64,000 nucleotides of DNA, from assembly GCA_027348115.1 (NCBI GenBank), contig DAIEQA010000109.1:3104-67103 (forward strand). Reading direction: 5' to 3'. The DNA comes from Ignavibacteriales bacterium (GTDB lineage: Bacteria > Bacteroidota > Ignavibacteria > Ignavibacteriales > Melioribacteraceae). Each line of letters starts with the position of its first letter. The first letter of the stretch is position 1. This document shows, one piece after another, positions 29,801 through 39,392 of this stretch. The position numbers were made by a program, and so were the translations under genes. Below the pieces are notes generated by a model. The model ran no database searches, was not told where the DNA came from, and was given only the letters and a program-made list of their open reading frames with translations.

Positions 29801-30388
29801 ATGACTAAGTTCCTTTCCTCCGTTTTTATTCTTCTTATTGGCTTTCTAAATTCCAACGCTCAAACTAAATGGGTGATAGATAAAGCTCATTCAAAAGTAC
29901 TGTTTTCAGTTACACACCTTTTAATTTCGGAAGTAACCGGCGAGTTTAAAAGTTTTGACGGCGATATAGAAGCTGCAAAAGATGATTTTTCCGACGCGAA
30001 AATAAATTTCTCCGTGGATATCAGCAGTATAAATACGGATAATGAACAGCGCGATAAGCATTTAAAATCCGACGATTTTTTTAATGCAGAGAAATTTCCT
30101 AAAATGACTTTTGCCGGAAAATCGATGCAGAAGCTCGGAGATAATAAGTATAAACTTACCGGCGATCTAACCATTAGGGATGTTACAAAACAAATTACAC
30201 TGGATGTAGTGTTGAACGGCATTATAAAAGATCCGTGGGGAAATACAAAAGCGGGATTTAAAGTCACCGGCGACATCAACCGCTTTGATTATAATCTTAA
30301 ATGGAATGCGCTGATGGAAACCGGCGGGGCTGTCGTTGGTAAAATAGTTCATTTAACGGTTAACCTTGAATTGCAAAAATCAAAATGA
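29801..30388 (+). CDS. YceI-family polyisoprenoid-binding periplasmic protein
   Basis: WVIDKAHSKVLFSVTHLLISEVTGEFKSFDG is the YceI signature. Signal peptide present. Confidence 0.85.
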   Translation: MTKFLSSVFILLIGFLNSNAQTKWVIDKAHSKVLFSVTHLLISEVTGEFKSFDGDIEAAKDDFSDAKINFSVDISSINTDNEQRDKHLKSDDFFNAEKFPKMTFAGKSMQKLGDNKYKLTGDLTIRDVTKQITLDVVLNGIIKDPWGNTKAGFKVTGDINRFDYNLKWNALMETGGAVVGKIVHLTVNLELQKSK

Positions 30389-30834
30389 GAATAGAAGAAG
30401 AAATAAAACAAACTAAGTTTCGAAACGAACATCACAAACTTGCCGTTAATCTTATATTCTCTTATAACTGGTTTGTGAAACTGCATTCTGAGCTTTTAGC
30501 CAAGTATAACATTACGATCAATCAATTCAACATACTAAGAATATTACGCGGCCAGCATCCTCAGCCCGCAACGGTTAATTTATTACGCGAAAGAATGATG
30601 GATAAAATGTGCGACGCTTCCCGTCTGGTGGAACGTTTGAGAATTAAAGGATGGATTAAAAGAGAATCCAGTTTCGAAGATAGGAGACGCGTTGATGTAA
30701 GTATAACCGATGAAGGTCTCAAACTTCTTGCAGAGATTGACAAAGAAAATGAAAATCAGGATTCAATCTTTAATAAATTATCTTCTGAAGAAGCCGCGAA
30801 TCTCAATATGCTCTTAGACAAACTTCGCGGATAA
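30385..30834 (+). CDS. MarR-family transcriptional regulator
   Basis: Winged-helix region FNILRILRGQHPQPATVNLLRERM ... RRRVDVSITDEGL. 4-nt ATGA overlap with the yceI-like gene. Confidence 0.8.
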   Translation: MRIEEEIKQTKFRNEHHKLAVNLIFSYNWFVKLHSELLAKYNITINQFNILRILRGQHPQPATVNLLRERMMDKMCDASRLVERLRIKGWIKRESSFEDRRRVDVSITDEGLKLLAEIDKENENQDSIFNKLSSEEAANLNMLLDKLRG

Positions 30835-30844
30835 GCAAATAAAC

Positions 30845-30877
30845 AAAAGCTCTCCTGTTTTGATGAGAGCTTTTTTG
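30845..30877 (+). terminator. Rho-independent terminator after the marR-like gene
   Basis: AAAAGCTCTC / GAGAGCTTTT stem followed by a T-run. Confidence 0.75.
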
Positions 30878-31013
30878 TTTTCCTCGCCGAATAGAATTCG
30901 AAAGTATTAATCAATTTAGATTTGAAAATTCAGACCACCTTATCTTGGTTAATAAACTATTCTGTTTTATTTTTGTCGCCAATCAACTATTCTTTTTAAC
31001 TGCAAGGTGTTAT

Positions 31014-33146
31014 ATGAAAAAAATATTTTTTAGATCCACGCTTCTGCTAATGTTTCTTGCCTTCACGTTTTCTGTGAAAGCTCAATCGAGTATAAATCTC
31101 GATACGGTAAAAGCGCAGAAATTTGATACAGGCAAGATGTGGTCTTTCGATTATCCCCCAACAGAATATTTCAAGAAGACTTATAATTTTAGTGCCGATG
31201 AATCCTGGTTCGAAAACGTTCGGCTCTCGGCGTTAAGAATTCCCGGTTGTACTTCTTCATTTGTTTCCGAAGACGGTTTAATGATGACTAATCATCATTG
31301 CGCCAGATACGGTTTTCTTGAGCGTATACAAAAACCCGGAGAGGATTTAACAAAGAACGGATTTTATGCCGCAACTCTTGATGAAGAAAGAAAGATTCCA
31401 AATTACTACGCAGATCAATTAGTGCTTATCAAAGACGTTACCGCCGAAGTTCAGAAAGCCGCCGAAACCGGGGCCAACGCCGATGAAAAAGCAAAAAATA
31501 AAGAAGCCAAAATCAAAGAATTGACCGACAACTTAAATAAAGAAACCGGTCTTATTGCCCAAGTTGTTTCTCTTTTCAACGGCGCTAAATATTCTTTGTA
31601 CGGTTATAAAAGATATACCGATATTCGTCTTGTCTTTGCCCCCGATATGCAAATAGCTTACTTCGGCGGGGACTTTGATAACTTTACTTATCCAAGATAT
31701 AATTTGGATTGTACTTTTCTCCGCGCTTACGAAAACGGAAAACCGGTAAACACTAAAAACTTTTTCAAGTTTACAACGGAAGGAATTCAACCCGGCCAGC
31801 CGATTTTCACTGTTGGAAATCCCGGCTCTACGCAAAGATTAAAAACAGTCGCACAGCTCGAGTATTTCCGCGATATTACTTATAAGAACAACTCGTATTT
31901 GTTCGATACTTATTACAACGCACTTGAGGAATTAAAATCAGTTGAACCTTCAAAGGCGGCGGAATTTGAGAAGACAAGAGTTCGCATCGGTAACAGCCAA
32001 AAGGTAATTTCTTCTATCTACAAAGGATTATGCGATCCTTACTTAATGGCGCGTAAAAAAGATTTCCAGAAAAAACTTCAGGAAAAAGTTTGGAATAACC
32101 CGGAACTGAAAGAAAAATACGGCAAGGTTTGGGAAAATATTCAGAATACCAGACTTGAAATGAGAAAGATCGGACCGAAATTAGCCGCTTATTCTTTAAA
32201 CAGATTATTCTCTTCCGATTATTTTAACATTGCCAAGAACCTGGTAGAATTTGCAAATGAAATGAAAAAGCCGGAAGATCAAAGAGGCGAGGAATATAAA
32301 GGCGCAAAACTCGATTCAACAATCAACGCCTTGTACCCGGAAAATTTCGACAAGATATTGGAAGATACAAAGCTCTGGATTCAAGCCGATTATATCCGCA
32401 TGAATTTGGGCGACCAAGACCCGCTCGTTCAAAAATTGTTCGGCGATAGAAAAGGAAAAGACGCCGCAAAATATATGCTTGAAAATTCCGTCATCGCTAC
32501 AAAAGATGGTTTGGTTAAACTTGCAAAAGAAGGCGCCGATGCAATTATGAATTCCAACGATCCGTTTATTTATTTTATTAAAGAGACCCAGGATAAATTA
32601 CCTGCTCTTCAGCAAGAAGCAAAAGAGATCACAAATACCGAGCAGGTGTTCGACGATATGCTTGGACAGGCAATTTATTTTGTTTACGGAACGTCGATTC
32701 CGCCCGACGCTAACTTTACTTTAAGAATAAGCGACGGAACTTTGAAGAGCTGGGATTACAACGGTACAAAGGCACCTCTCTTCACAACCTTCTACGGTTT
32801 GTACGACCGCTGGTATTCGTTCTTCAAACAATATCCGTGGGATTTGCATGAAAGATGGCAGAAGCCGCCGGCAGATTTCGATCTCAGCACACCGTTTAAT
32901 TTTATTTCCACAAACGATATAGTAGGCGGAAATTCCGGCAGCGCAATTATAAATGAAAAAGCCCAGGTTGTAGGTCTTGCCTTCGACGGAAACATGGACA
33001 GCATAGTTGGTAATTTTATTTATATGCCGCACAACAACAGGTGTGTTGCCGTCGATGCCCGCGCGCTTGTTACCGCTATCGATAAAGTTTATCATGCGGA
33101 TAGACTTGCAAACGAACTAAAGGAAGGTAAGTTGAACAGTAAGTAG
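31014..33146 (+). CDS. S46 family dipeptidyl-peptidase (DPP7/DPP11-like)
   Basis: MTNHHC (His), GNPGSTQR, and the GGNSGS catalytic Ser context. The signal peptide starts at ATG 31014. Confidence 0.88.
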   Translation: MKKIFFRSTLLLMFLAFTFSVKAQSSINLDTVKAQKFDTGKMWSFDYPPTEYFKKTYNFSADESWFENVRLSALRIPGCTSSFVSEDGLMMTNHHCARYGFLERIQKPGEDLTKNGFYAATLDEERKIPNYYADQLVLIKDVTAEVQKAAETGANADEKAKNKEAKIKELTDNLNKETGLIAQVVSLFNGAKYSLYGYKRYTDIRLVFAPDMQIAYFGGDFDNFTYPRYNLDCTFLRAYENGKPVNTKNFFKFTTEGIQPGQPIFTVGNPGSTQRLKTVAQLEYFRDITYKNNSYLFDTYYNALEELKSVEPSKAAEFEKTRVRIGNSQKVISSIYKGLCDPYLMARKKDFQKKLQEKVWNNPELKEKYGKVWENIQNTRLEMRKIGPKLAAYSLNRLFSSDYFNIAKNLVEFANEMKKPEDQRGEEYKGAKLDSTINALYPENFDKILEDTKLWIQADYIRMNLGDQDPLVQKLFGDRKGKDAAKYMLENSVIATKDGLVKLAKEGADAIMNSNDPFIYFIKETQDKLPALQQEAKEITNTEQVFDDMLGQAIYFVYGTSIPPDANFTLRISDGTLKSWDYNGTKAPLFTTFYGLYDRWYSFFKQYPWDLHERWQKPPADFDLSTPFNFISTNDIVGGNSGSAIINEKAQVVGLAFDGNMDSIVGNFIYMPHNNRCVAVDARALVTAIDKVYHADRLANELKEGKLNSK

Positions 33147-33200
33147 AAAGAATTAAGGAGTAAGAAGCATATAGTAGCTTTAAATACTTCTTTTAATTTT

Positions 33201-33232
33201 GGAAGGGTCGCTTTAGACCCTTCCGTTTTTTT
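33201..33232 (+). terminator. Rho-independent terminator after the first S46 gene
   Basis: GGAAGGGTC-GCTTTA-GACCCTTCC followed by GTTTTTTT. Confidence 0.8.
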
Positions 33233-33290
33233 AAAAGTATAACTATTATAGCGTCGTTAAAAATTCTAACCAATTGTTTGGAAAAAAATT

Positions 33291-35441
33291 ATGACAGCTC
33301 CCGCAAAATCAGCCAAATTATTTTTTGTCTTTTTGTTTCTCCTTTTAGTCGCAAACGGATTAAATGCCCAATCAATTTACGAACCGAGAGATTTATCCAA
33401 AGTAAAATGGTCATATTCCGATTTCGGAAAGATGTGGACTTTCGACTCCGTTCCCGTGGATAGTTTTAAAAACGAATACGGTTTTAGACCTTCACAGCAA
33501 TGGCTCGACGACGTACAAATGTCCGCGCTCCAGTTTTCGAGCTTTTGTTCCGCCGCATTTGTTTCTGCCGACGGGTTGATAATGACAAATCACCACTGCG
33601 GAAGACATTGGCTGCCGGGTCTTTCACCAAAAGGCGAGGATTATCTTCGCGATGGATTCTACGCCAAAACTTTGAACGATGAAATAAAGGTGCCCAGCGC
33701 CTACGTCGATCAGTTGATAAGTATTGTTGATGTAACAAAGGATGTTTTAGATACAATGAATCCGGGCAAGGACAGTATGGAAAAAATTATGCTGCGCGAT
33801 TCCAAGATTAAAGAGATCGAAAATAAATTTTCTTCGGAGACCGGCCTTGTATGCAAAGTTGTTCAGCTTTACAACGGAAGAAAATATTCTTTGTACGAAT
33901 ACAAACGCTATTCCGATATTCGTCTTGTTATGGCGCCAGATTTTCAAATAGCTTCCACCGGGTGGGATTGGGATAATTTTACATACCCGCGCTACGAACT
34001 CGATTTTATGTTCTTCCGCGCTTACGAAAACAACAAACCGGTTAAATGCGAGCATTATTTCAAATGGAGTAAAAAGGGAGCGCAAGAAGGCGAACCTATC
34101 TTTGTAATCGGGAGACCCGGAAGCACTCAGCGGCTAGCAACAATTTCCGAAATGGAATTCCTTAAAGACAAGATTTATAACTTCAACCTGAAATTTTATA
34201 ACGAAATTTATAAAGTTTATTACGATCTTTTTAAAACAAGAAAGGAAAATCATTCCGAACTTTTGAATATGGTAATGGGAATTGGCAATGCAAGAAAATC
34301 TTACGCGGGAAGGTATATGGCTTTGCGCGACGAATACATTATGGCTAAGAAAAAAAGTTTTGAAGAAGACTTTCGGCAAAAAGTAAAAGTCGATCCCGAT
34401 CTTGAAAAGGAATACGGAACCGTATGGCAGGCAATTACGGATAATATTAACGAGGAGAGAAAAATAATAGACGAGTATTCGGCATTAATGATGGGGCAGC
34501 GTATAAAAATTCCTTTTACAACAGCGGCAATCAACGCAATAAAATTTGCCAACCAGATGAAGCTTCCCGCAGAAGATAGAGAAAACGCATACAAACCCGA
34601 TTCCCTGGACGCGACAATTCAAAAACTTTATCCTAAAGATATCGACGCGCAAAGAGACTCGATGCTTCTTGGCGCGCTTGTAAATTTTTTAAATTACGTT
34701 CTCCCTGCAGATCATTTTATTCGCAAGGATATTTTTAACGAAAAGACCGGCAGCGATGCAGTAAAGTACTTGCTGATAAATTCAAACCTTTCCTCAAAAG
34801 AAAAATTTATGAAATTTTTAAAGGATACAAAGCCGGAAGAAATACTAAACTCATCCGATCCCTTTATTAAGATGGTTCAATTCGGTTATAAACGGCGCGC
34901 GGAATTGGATCCGCAATTCAAAGAAATTGAAAATACTCTGGAAGTATTAAACCAGATGCTCGGCCAGGCGGCGTATAAAGTTTACGGAGATAAAATTCCG
35001 CCCGATGCAACTTCCACGTTAAGAATTTCCAACGGAAGAATAGAAGGTTATGAATATAACGGCACCATCGCTCCGGGCAAAACAACTTTTTACGGAATGT
35101 ACGACCGTTGGAATTCTTTCGGCAGGAAAGAATATCCTTGGGGGCTTCATCCCCGATGGCAAAAAATTCCTGAAGGATTCGATCTCTCGCTTCCTGTAGG
35201 TTTTGCCTCGACAAACGATATTGTGGGCGGTAATTCCGGTAGCTCGGTTATAAATGAAAATAAAGAAGTTGTCGGTTTGGTTCACGACGGCAACCTTGAA
35301 AGTCTTGCCGGCGATTTTATTTTCTTGCCGGAAAATAACCGTACGGTTGCAACCGACTCTTACGGATTAATCGAAGCGCTTCATTATTATTTTAAGGCGG
35401 ACCGGCTTGTTAACGAGTTGAGAAACAGCAAAATAGAATAA
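33291..35441 (+). CDS. S46 family dipeptidyl-peptidase, tandem paralogue
   Basis: Same MTNHHC / GRPGSTQR / GGNSGS motifs. Colinear with the upstream paralogue at moderate identity. Confidence 0.88.
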   Translation: MTAPAKSAKLFFVFLFLLLVANGLNAQSIYEPRDLSKVKWSYSDFGKMWTFDSVPVDSFKNEYGFRPSQQWLDDVQMSALQFSSFCSAAFVSADGLIMTNHHCGRHWLPGLSPKGEDYLRDGFYAKTLNDEIKVPSAYVDQLISIVDVTKDVLDTMNPGKDSMEKIMLRDSKIKEIENKFSSETGLVCKVVQLYNGRKYSLYEYKRYSDIRLVMAPDFQIASTGWDWDNFTYPRYELDFMFFRAYENNKPVKCEHYFKWSKKGAQEGEPIFVIGRPGSTQRLATISEMEFLKDKIYNFNLKFYNEIYKVYYDLFKTRKENHSELLNMVMGIGNARKSYAGRYMALRDEYIMAKKKSFEEDFRQKVKVDPDLEKEYGTVWQAITDNINEERKIIDEYSALMMGQRIKIPFTTAAINAIKFANQMKLPAEDRENAYKPDSLDATIQKLYPKDIDAQRDSMLLGALVNFLNYVLPADHFIRKDIFNEKTGSDAVKYLLINSNLSSKEKFMKFLKDTKPEEILNSSDPFIKMVQFGYKRRAELDPQFKEIENTLEVLNQMLGQAAYKVYGDKIPPDATSTLRISNGRIEGYEYNGTIAPGKTTFYGMYDRWNSFGRKEYPWGLHPRWQKIPEGFDLSLPVGFASTNDIVGGNSGSSVINENKEVVGLVHDGNLESLAGDFIFLPENNRTVATDSYGLIEALHYYFKADRLVNELRNSKIE

Positions 35442-35499
35442 TTAATTCTAATTACCGGCAACAAACATTATTCGGTTTGTCTCAAAAGAAAATTTAACC

Positions 35500-35915
35500 G
35501 ATGCCCGCTTTTTAAAATATGCCGTTTTTATAAAGAGAACATTCCATTTCTTATTGTGAAAACGGCATTTTCTATTAAAAATCTCGGTTTAATTATAAAA
35601 ACTCCCGGGCTTCTATTAGAATGTAGCGAGTTTCTATTAGGGGGTCGCGATTTTCAATTTAAATATCGTAGTTTAATAATAGGTGTTCATTAATTTCAAT
35701 TAGAAAGTAATCAATTCTTATTAACGGTTCCCTATTTCCTATTAGAATATTATGGTTTCATAATAAGAACTTGCGGATTTCAATTAGAACGCTGCAATTT
35801 CTTATTGAATAAACGCGATTGTCCATTTAAATATCCCGGTTCAATAATAATAATGAGCAAGCTTTATTTATAATTTCGCAGTTTCTTTTAGGAAAATCTA
35901 GGTTGTTTATATAAT
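35500..35915. repeat. Array of about 18-20 tandem ~21-bp units with conserved box tTTCtATTAGAA (palindromic core TTCTAnTAGAA)
   Basis: Unit ends fall at 35560, 35580, 35600, 35621, 35642, 35663, 35683, 35705, 35725, 35747, 35769, 35789, 35809, 35832, 35852, 35873, 35894 and 35914. Stops occur in all frames. Confidence 0.8.
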
Positions 35916-36233
35916 GATCGTTGTTTTTTCAACCGAAACAATGAATTCGGAAGAGAAAAGGTGTTATTCATTTAGCTTAGAGATTATTCGATTTAAAATT
36001 CCCCGAATTTCCGGATTGTTAATCCGTAATAAACCTTCTAAATTATAACAGCGCATATTTTTATATAAAAATGTTTTCGACAATTACATGGTTTTTTAAT
36101 GGTGTTAATCAATGAAAAGCAATGATTCGACGGCGGCGCACAATTTTTGAATTTGATTTGTTCTTTTTGAAACTTTTTTGCTGCAAATTAAATTTATTAA
36201 GACTGGAGCGAGATATAGCAAGAAAGGGAATTT

Positions 36234-36434
36234 ATGCAGATCAATACAACACCGAATTCGCCGTGTAATAAAGACTGCATTATGGATCAGGAAACACACT
36301 ATTGTAAAGGTTGTTACCGCACTATTGAAGAAATAATTAGGTGGCAGTTTTTAACGACCGAAGAAAAAAATAATATTCTTGTGCTTACAGAGCAGCGTAA
36401 GAAATCGATTAATATAAATCATCATCCCTCATAA
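36234..36434 (+). CDS. DUF1289 family small Cys-rich protein
   Basis: SPCNKDCIMDQETHYCKGCYRTIEEIIRW matches the DUF1289 pattern. Confidence 0.7.
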   Translation: MQINTTPNSPCNKDCIMDQETHYCKGCYRTIEEIIRWQFLTTEEKNNILVLTEQRKKSININHHPS

Positions 36435-36967
36435 TGAAAAAGTTAGATCGAGGATTTGTTCAAGTCTATACCGGAAACGGGAAAGGAAAAACCACGGCGG
36501 CAATTGGGCAAGCTGTTCGTGCAGCCGGTGCGGGATTGAAGTCTTATATAATTCAATTTATGAAGGAATATCCGTACAGCGAAATGAATTCGTTGAAAAA
36601 TTTAAGCGAGTGGATTACAATTGAACAAATTTGCGGCGATGATTTTGTATTAAAAAAAGTACCGCCGCCCGCAAGCGAAATTGATAAAGCCAAGACTGCA
36701 TTAGCAAATGTTAAACGAAAGATGACGGAAGGTTTGTACGATTTAATAGTATTGGATGAAGTCTGTGTTTCGATTTATTTCGGCTTAGTTACCGAATCCG
36801 ACGTTTTACTGCTGATAGATTCCAAACCAAACAATGTGGAATTAATTCTTACAGGAAGATACTGCCCGCAGTCGATAATTGATAAAGCTGATCTTGTAAC
36901 GGAAATGAAAGAAGTGAAACATTATTATGCAGAGGGCGTACTTGCCAGGAAGGGAATAGAATCCTGA
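36434..36967 (+). CDS. cobO: Cob(I)yrinic acid a,c-diamide / cob(I)alamin adenosyltransferase
   Basis: VQVYTGNGKGKTTAAIGQAVRAAGAGL P-loop region is typical of CobO/BtuR. Its start overlaps the upstream stop by 1 nt. Confidence 0.88.
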   Translation: MKKLDRGFVQVYTGNGKGKTTAAIGQAVRAAGAGLKSYIIQFMKEYPYSEMNSLKNLSEWITIEQICGDDFVLKKVPPPASEIDKAKTALANVKRKMTEGLYDLIVLDEVCVSIYFGLVTESDVLLLIDSKPNNVELILTGRYCPQSIIDKADLVTEMKEVKHYYAEGVLARKGIES

Positions 36968-37005
36968 CGAATTTTAACAAATTAATTTAAGGCATCAAAC
37001 GCATT

Positions 37006-37218
37006 TTATGCGGCAGCATTTGCCTTAGTAGATTCGGAATTAATCTCTACTTTTTCCTCGTTTAAAGAAGCGATAAATTTTTCCATATCTTCAAGTCTCT
37101 TAAAGAAATGGAAACCGTCTTCGGCTTCATAACCGTAGGGAGCGGTTTTAATCAAATAAAACATAAAACCCATAAATAATGCGCTGAATAACAAGAATAA
37201 GTAAACGAACATAACCAA
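37006..37218 (-). CDS. Hypothetical small membrane-anchored protein
   Basis: One N-terminal TM helix followed by an acidic tail. Lies downstream of the ATP-grasp gene. Confidence 0.4.
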   Translation of the reverse strand: MVMFVYLFLLFSALFMGFMFYLIKTAPYGYEAEDGFHFFKRLEDMEKFIASLNEEKVEINSESTKANAAA

Positions 37219-37368
37219 TACTCCAATTCTGATAGAATATTATCGAAAACGATTGGAAAAAATTTAGGGTATGATTGATTTTTTTTAAAGAATAAATAGA
37301 CGACCGATGAATTATTGCCGTTTTAAGCAATAAATGCGGTATTTAAGCGAAAAAAAAGGTTATTAGCG

Positions 37369-38409
37369 CTAAGAATTTTTTCTGGCATAGGCAAAATCTA
37401 CAATCATCTTAAGGGCTTTTTTATAAGAATAGCCGGCATGTGTGGCCGAACGCATAAAACCGGCGTCTTCCTGCAGATCGGGGTTCGGATTTACTTCGAG
37501 AACATACAATTTGTTATTCCCTTTGGAAAGTCTCATGTCCACGCGGGCGTAATCCCGGCATCCAACGGCACGTATGCACTGCAGGGCCATTTTTTCCGCT
37601 TCTTTTCTGATTTTTTCCGGGAGTACTGCAGGGCAGATAGGTATTGTTTTATGATAAGCTTCGTGTGTAGGATCCCATTTTGCCTGGAAACTAACAATAG
37701 GATGAAGATTTTCCGGCATATTTGAGAAGTCGATTTCGCTTATTGGCAAAACCTGAAGTTCTTTATCCCCAAAAACTGCAACATTCAGTTCTCTTCCAAG
37801 AATGAATTCTTCCACAAGAGCGGGCTGCTTAAAGGAAGTAAAAACGTATTCCACTCTTTTTTTAAGGGCTTCAACATTATCCACTATAGAATCGTTATCA
37901 ATACCAACGCTGGCGTCTTCGAGCGCAGGTTTAACAATTAACGGATACTTTAATCCTAACCGGAACTGCCTGTCCATCGACCTGATAATTTTATATTGGG
38001 GGGTACGAATTCCAAGTGAACTTAAAATTCTCTTGGTTAAGGTTTTATTTTGACATGTGCCAAGTGCGAGAGCGGGAGCGCCGGTATAAGTAACATTTAA
38101 TAATTCCAGGAAACCGGTAAAGCTCATTTCGAGCCGGGGCTGATCTTTAAAGATTTCGACAAGATTAAATACAACATCGGGCTTATTCTTCTCATAATCC
38201 TTCATAAACAACTGAAGGTTATCCATAATATTCAATGTATAAGCGTCATACCCACTTTTACTAAGGGCTTCGGCAATGTATTCGTATTCGGAAATGGGAT
38301 CGCTTGCCTCAAGTCCGAAAACGGGTTCAAAATCCAGTTCTTTAGCTCTTTTTGCCGGTTTTTTGTACTGCTCGGGGTAAACCTCGTTATAAACTACCGC
38401 TACTTTCAT
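37369..38409 (-). CDS. D-alanine--D-alanine-ligase-family ATP-grasp enzyme (function uncertain)
   Basis: Pre-ATP-grasp N-domain followed by an ATP-grasp core (KYPLIVKPALEDASVGI, LVEEFILGRELNV, ARVDMRL ... YVLEVNPNP). Confidence 0.7.
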   Translation of the reverse strand: MKVAVVYNEVYPEQYKKPAKRAKELDFEPVFGLEASDPISEYEYIAEALSKSGYDAYTLNIMDNLQLFMKDYEKNKPDVVFNLVEIFKDQPRLEMSFTGFLELLNVTYTGAPALALGTCQNKTLTKRILSSLGIRTPQYKIIRSMDRQFRLGLKYPLIVKPALEDASVGIDNDSIVDNVEALKKRVEYVFTSFKQPALVEEFILGRELNVAVFGDKELQVLPISEIDFSNMPENLHPIVSFQAKWDPTHEAYHKTIPICPAVLPEKIRKEAEKMALQCIRAVGCRDYARVDMRLSKGNNKLYVLEVNPNPDLQEDAGFMRSATHAGYSYKKALKMIVDFAYARKNS

Positions 38410-38507
38410 TATGCTTCAAAATTTTTTTTACAAAGTAAACAAAAATGTTTGGCATTACAAAACTTTTGTTATTTTTGCTCAATCACGATGCACGAGAATT
38501 TTCGACT

Positions 38508-39344
38508 ATGAGTTTTTATCCCCAACCCAATAAGTATCAGTGTGGGCCGTTTGCGTTGAAGTATGCGCTTGTAATGCTCGGAATATTCAAAGATGAAGAT
38601 CAAATAGGAATTATTGCAGGCAGCACATGGTGGTCCGGTACGGATGAGTTTGGTTTAGCGCGGGCCGCAAGAAGATTCGAATGTAAGATGAAACATTTTC
38701 AATCGAGCAACCCGGATGATGCGCGCCGCATGCTGATTCAAGAATTGAAGAAAGGTCATCCGTGTATTCTATCGGTTAAGAATTGGGAACATTGGAACAC
38801 AGTTGTTAGCTATCAAAAAGGAAATTACGTTGTAATCGACAGCGAACTTGATAAAGTTGTTTCCGTTCAGACTTCAAATTCGTTATTAAGAAATTGGAAA
38901 TATGTAGAAAAAGAAACTGGCATTAAAAGTTACGATGGATATGCGCTTATTCCGAAATTCAAAGTTTTGACGCGGGCAAAGTTAACGCCGGATAAAGCTC
39001 ACTTTGTGATGTACGATAAGAACGAAGACCTTGCAAAAAAGTGGGACCAGTACACAAACGATTTAATTAATATTTGCAAACCGAGGACTAAGCTCAGTTC
39101 GAACATAATTACATTTTCCGAATTTCTTCGGCGCAACGAAGATAATCTTGTGCGCCGCGTTGCAAACTGGCACGGCGAGCCGACATTTTCCGAATTAAAA
39201 AAAATTTTAACAAATATGAAATTCATTGCGGAAGTTTATGATTTAATTGTACCGGAAGACGACGAGAAACGCGCGGCTATAGATATCGCCTCGATACTAA
39301 TGATGTACTCTTGCGGTAAATACGGCATGAACCCGATTTATTAA
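38508..39344 (+). CDS. Hypothetical protein with N-terminal C39-like (papain-fold) cysteine-peptidase motifs
   Basis: QCGPFALKYAL (candidate Cys) and HWNTVVSYQKGNYVVIDS (candidate His) spaced as in C39 peptidases. The C-terminal ~150 aa are unassigned. ATG 38508 lies inside ORF 38445..39344. Confidence 0.45.
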   Translation: MSFYPQPNKYQCGPFALKYALVMLGIFKDEDQIGIIAGSTWWSGTDEFGLARAARRFECKMKHFQSSNPDDARRMLIQELKKGHPCILSVKNWEHWNTVVSYQKGNYVVIDSELDKVVSVQTSNSLLRNWKYVEKETGIKSYDGYALIPKFKVLTRAKLTPDKAHFVMYDKNEDLAKKWDQYTNDLINICKPRTKLSSNIITFSEFLRRNEDNLVRRVANWHGEPTFSELKKILTNMKFIAEVYDLIVPEDDEKRAAIDIASILMMYSCGKYGMNPIY

Positions 39345-39392
39345 TCGTTATGCCGGCAAAAACAGCTCCCGTTAATTTAAAGCGAAATAACA

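Noticed and set aside
35500-35915. The periodic array considered as a CRISPR locus.
   Set aside because: The unit is only about 21 nt, with a 10-12 nt conserved box and a 6-10 nt variable part. That is far too short for repeat-plus-spacer architecture. The repeats are degenerate and no cas genes are present.
35916-36233. Cobalamin riboswitch expected upstream of DUF1289-cobO.
   Set aside because: I could not find the conserved B12-box (GCCACTG-like core) or the GGTG...AATCC...CCCGC framework. Only a small CGGATT-GTT-AATCCG hairpin is present. A covariance-model scan (Rfam RF00174) would be decisive.
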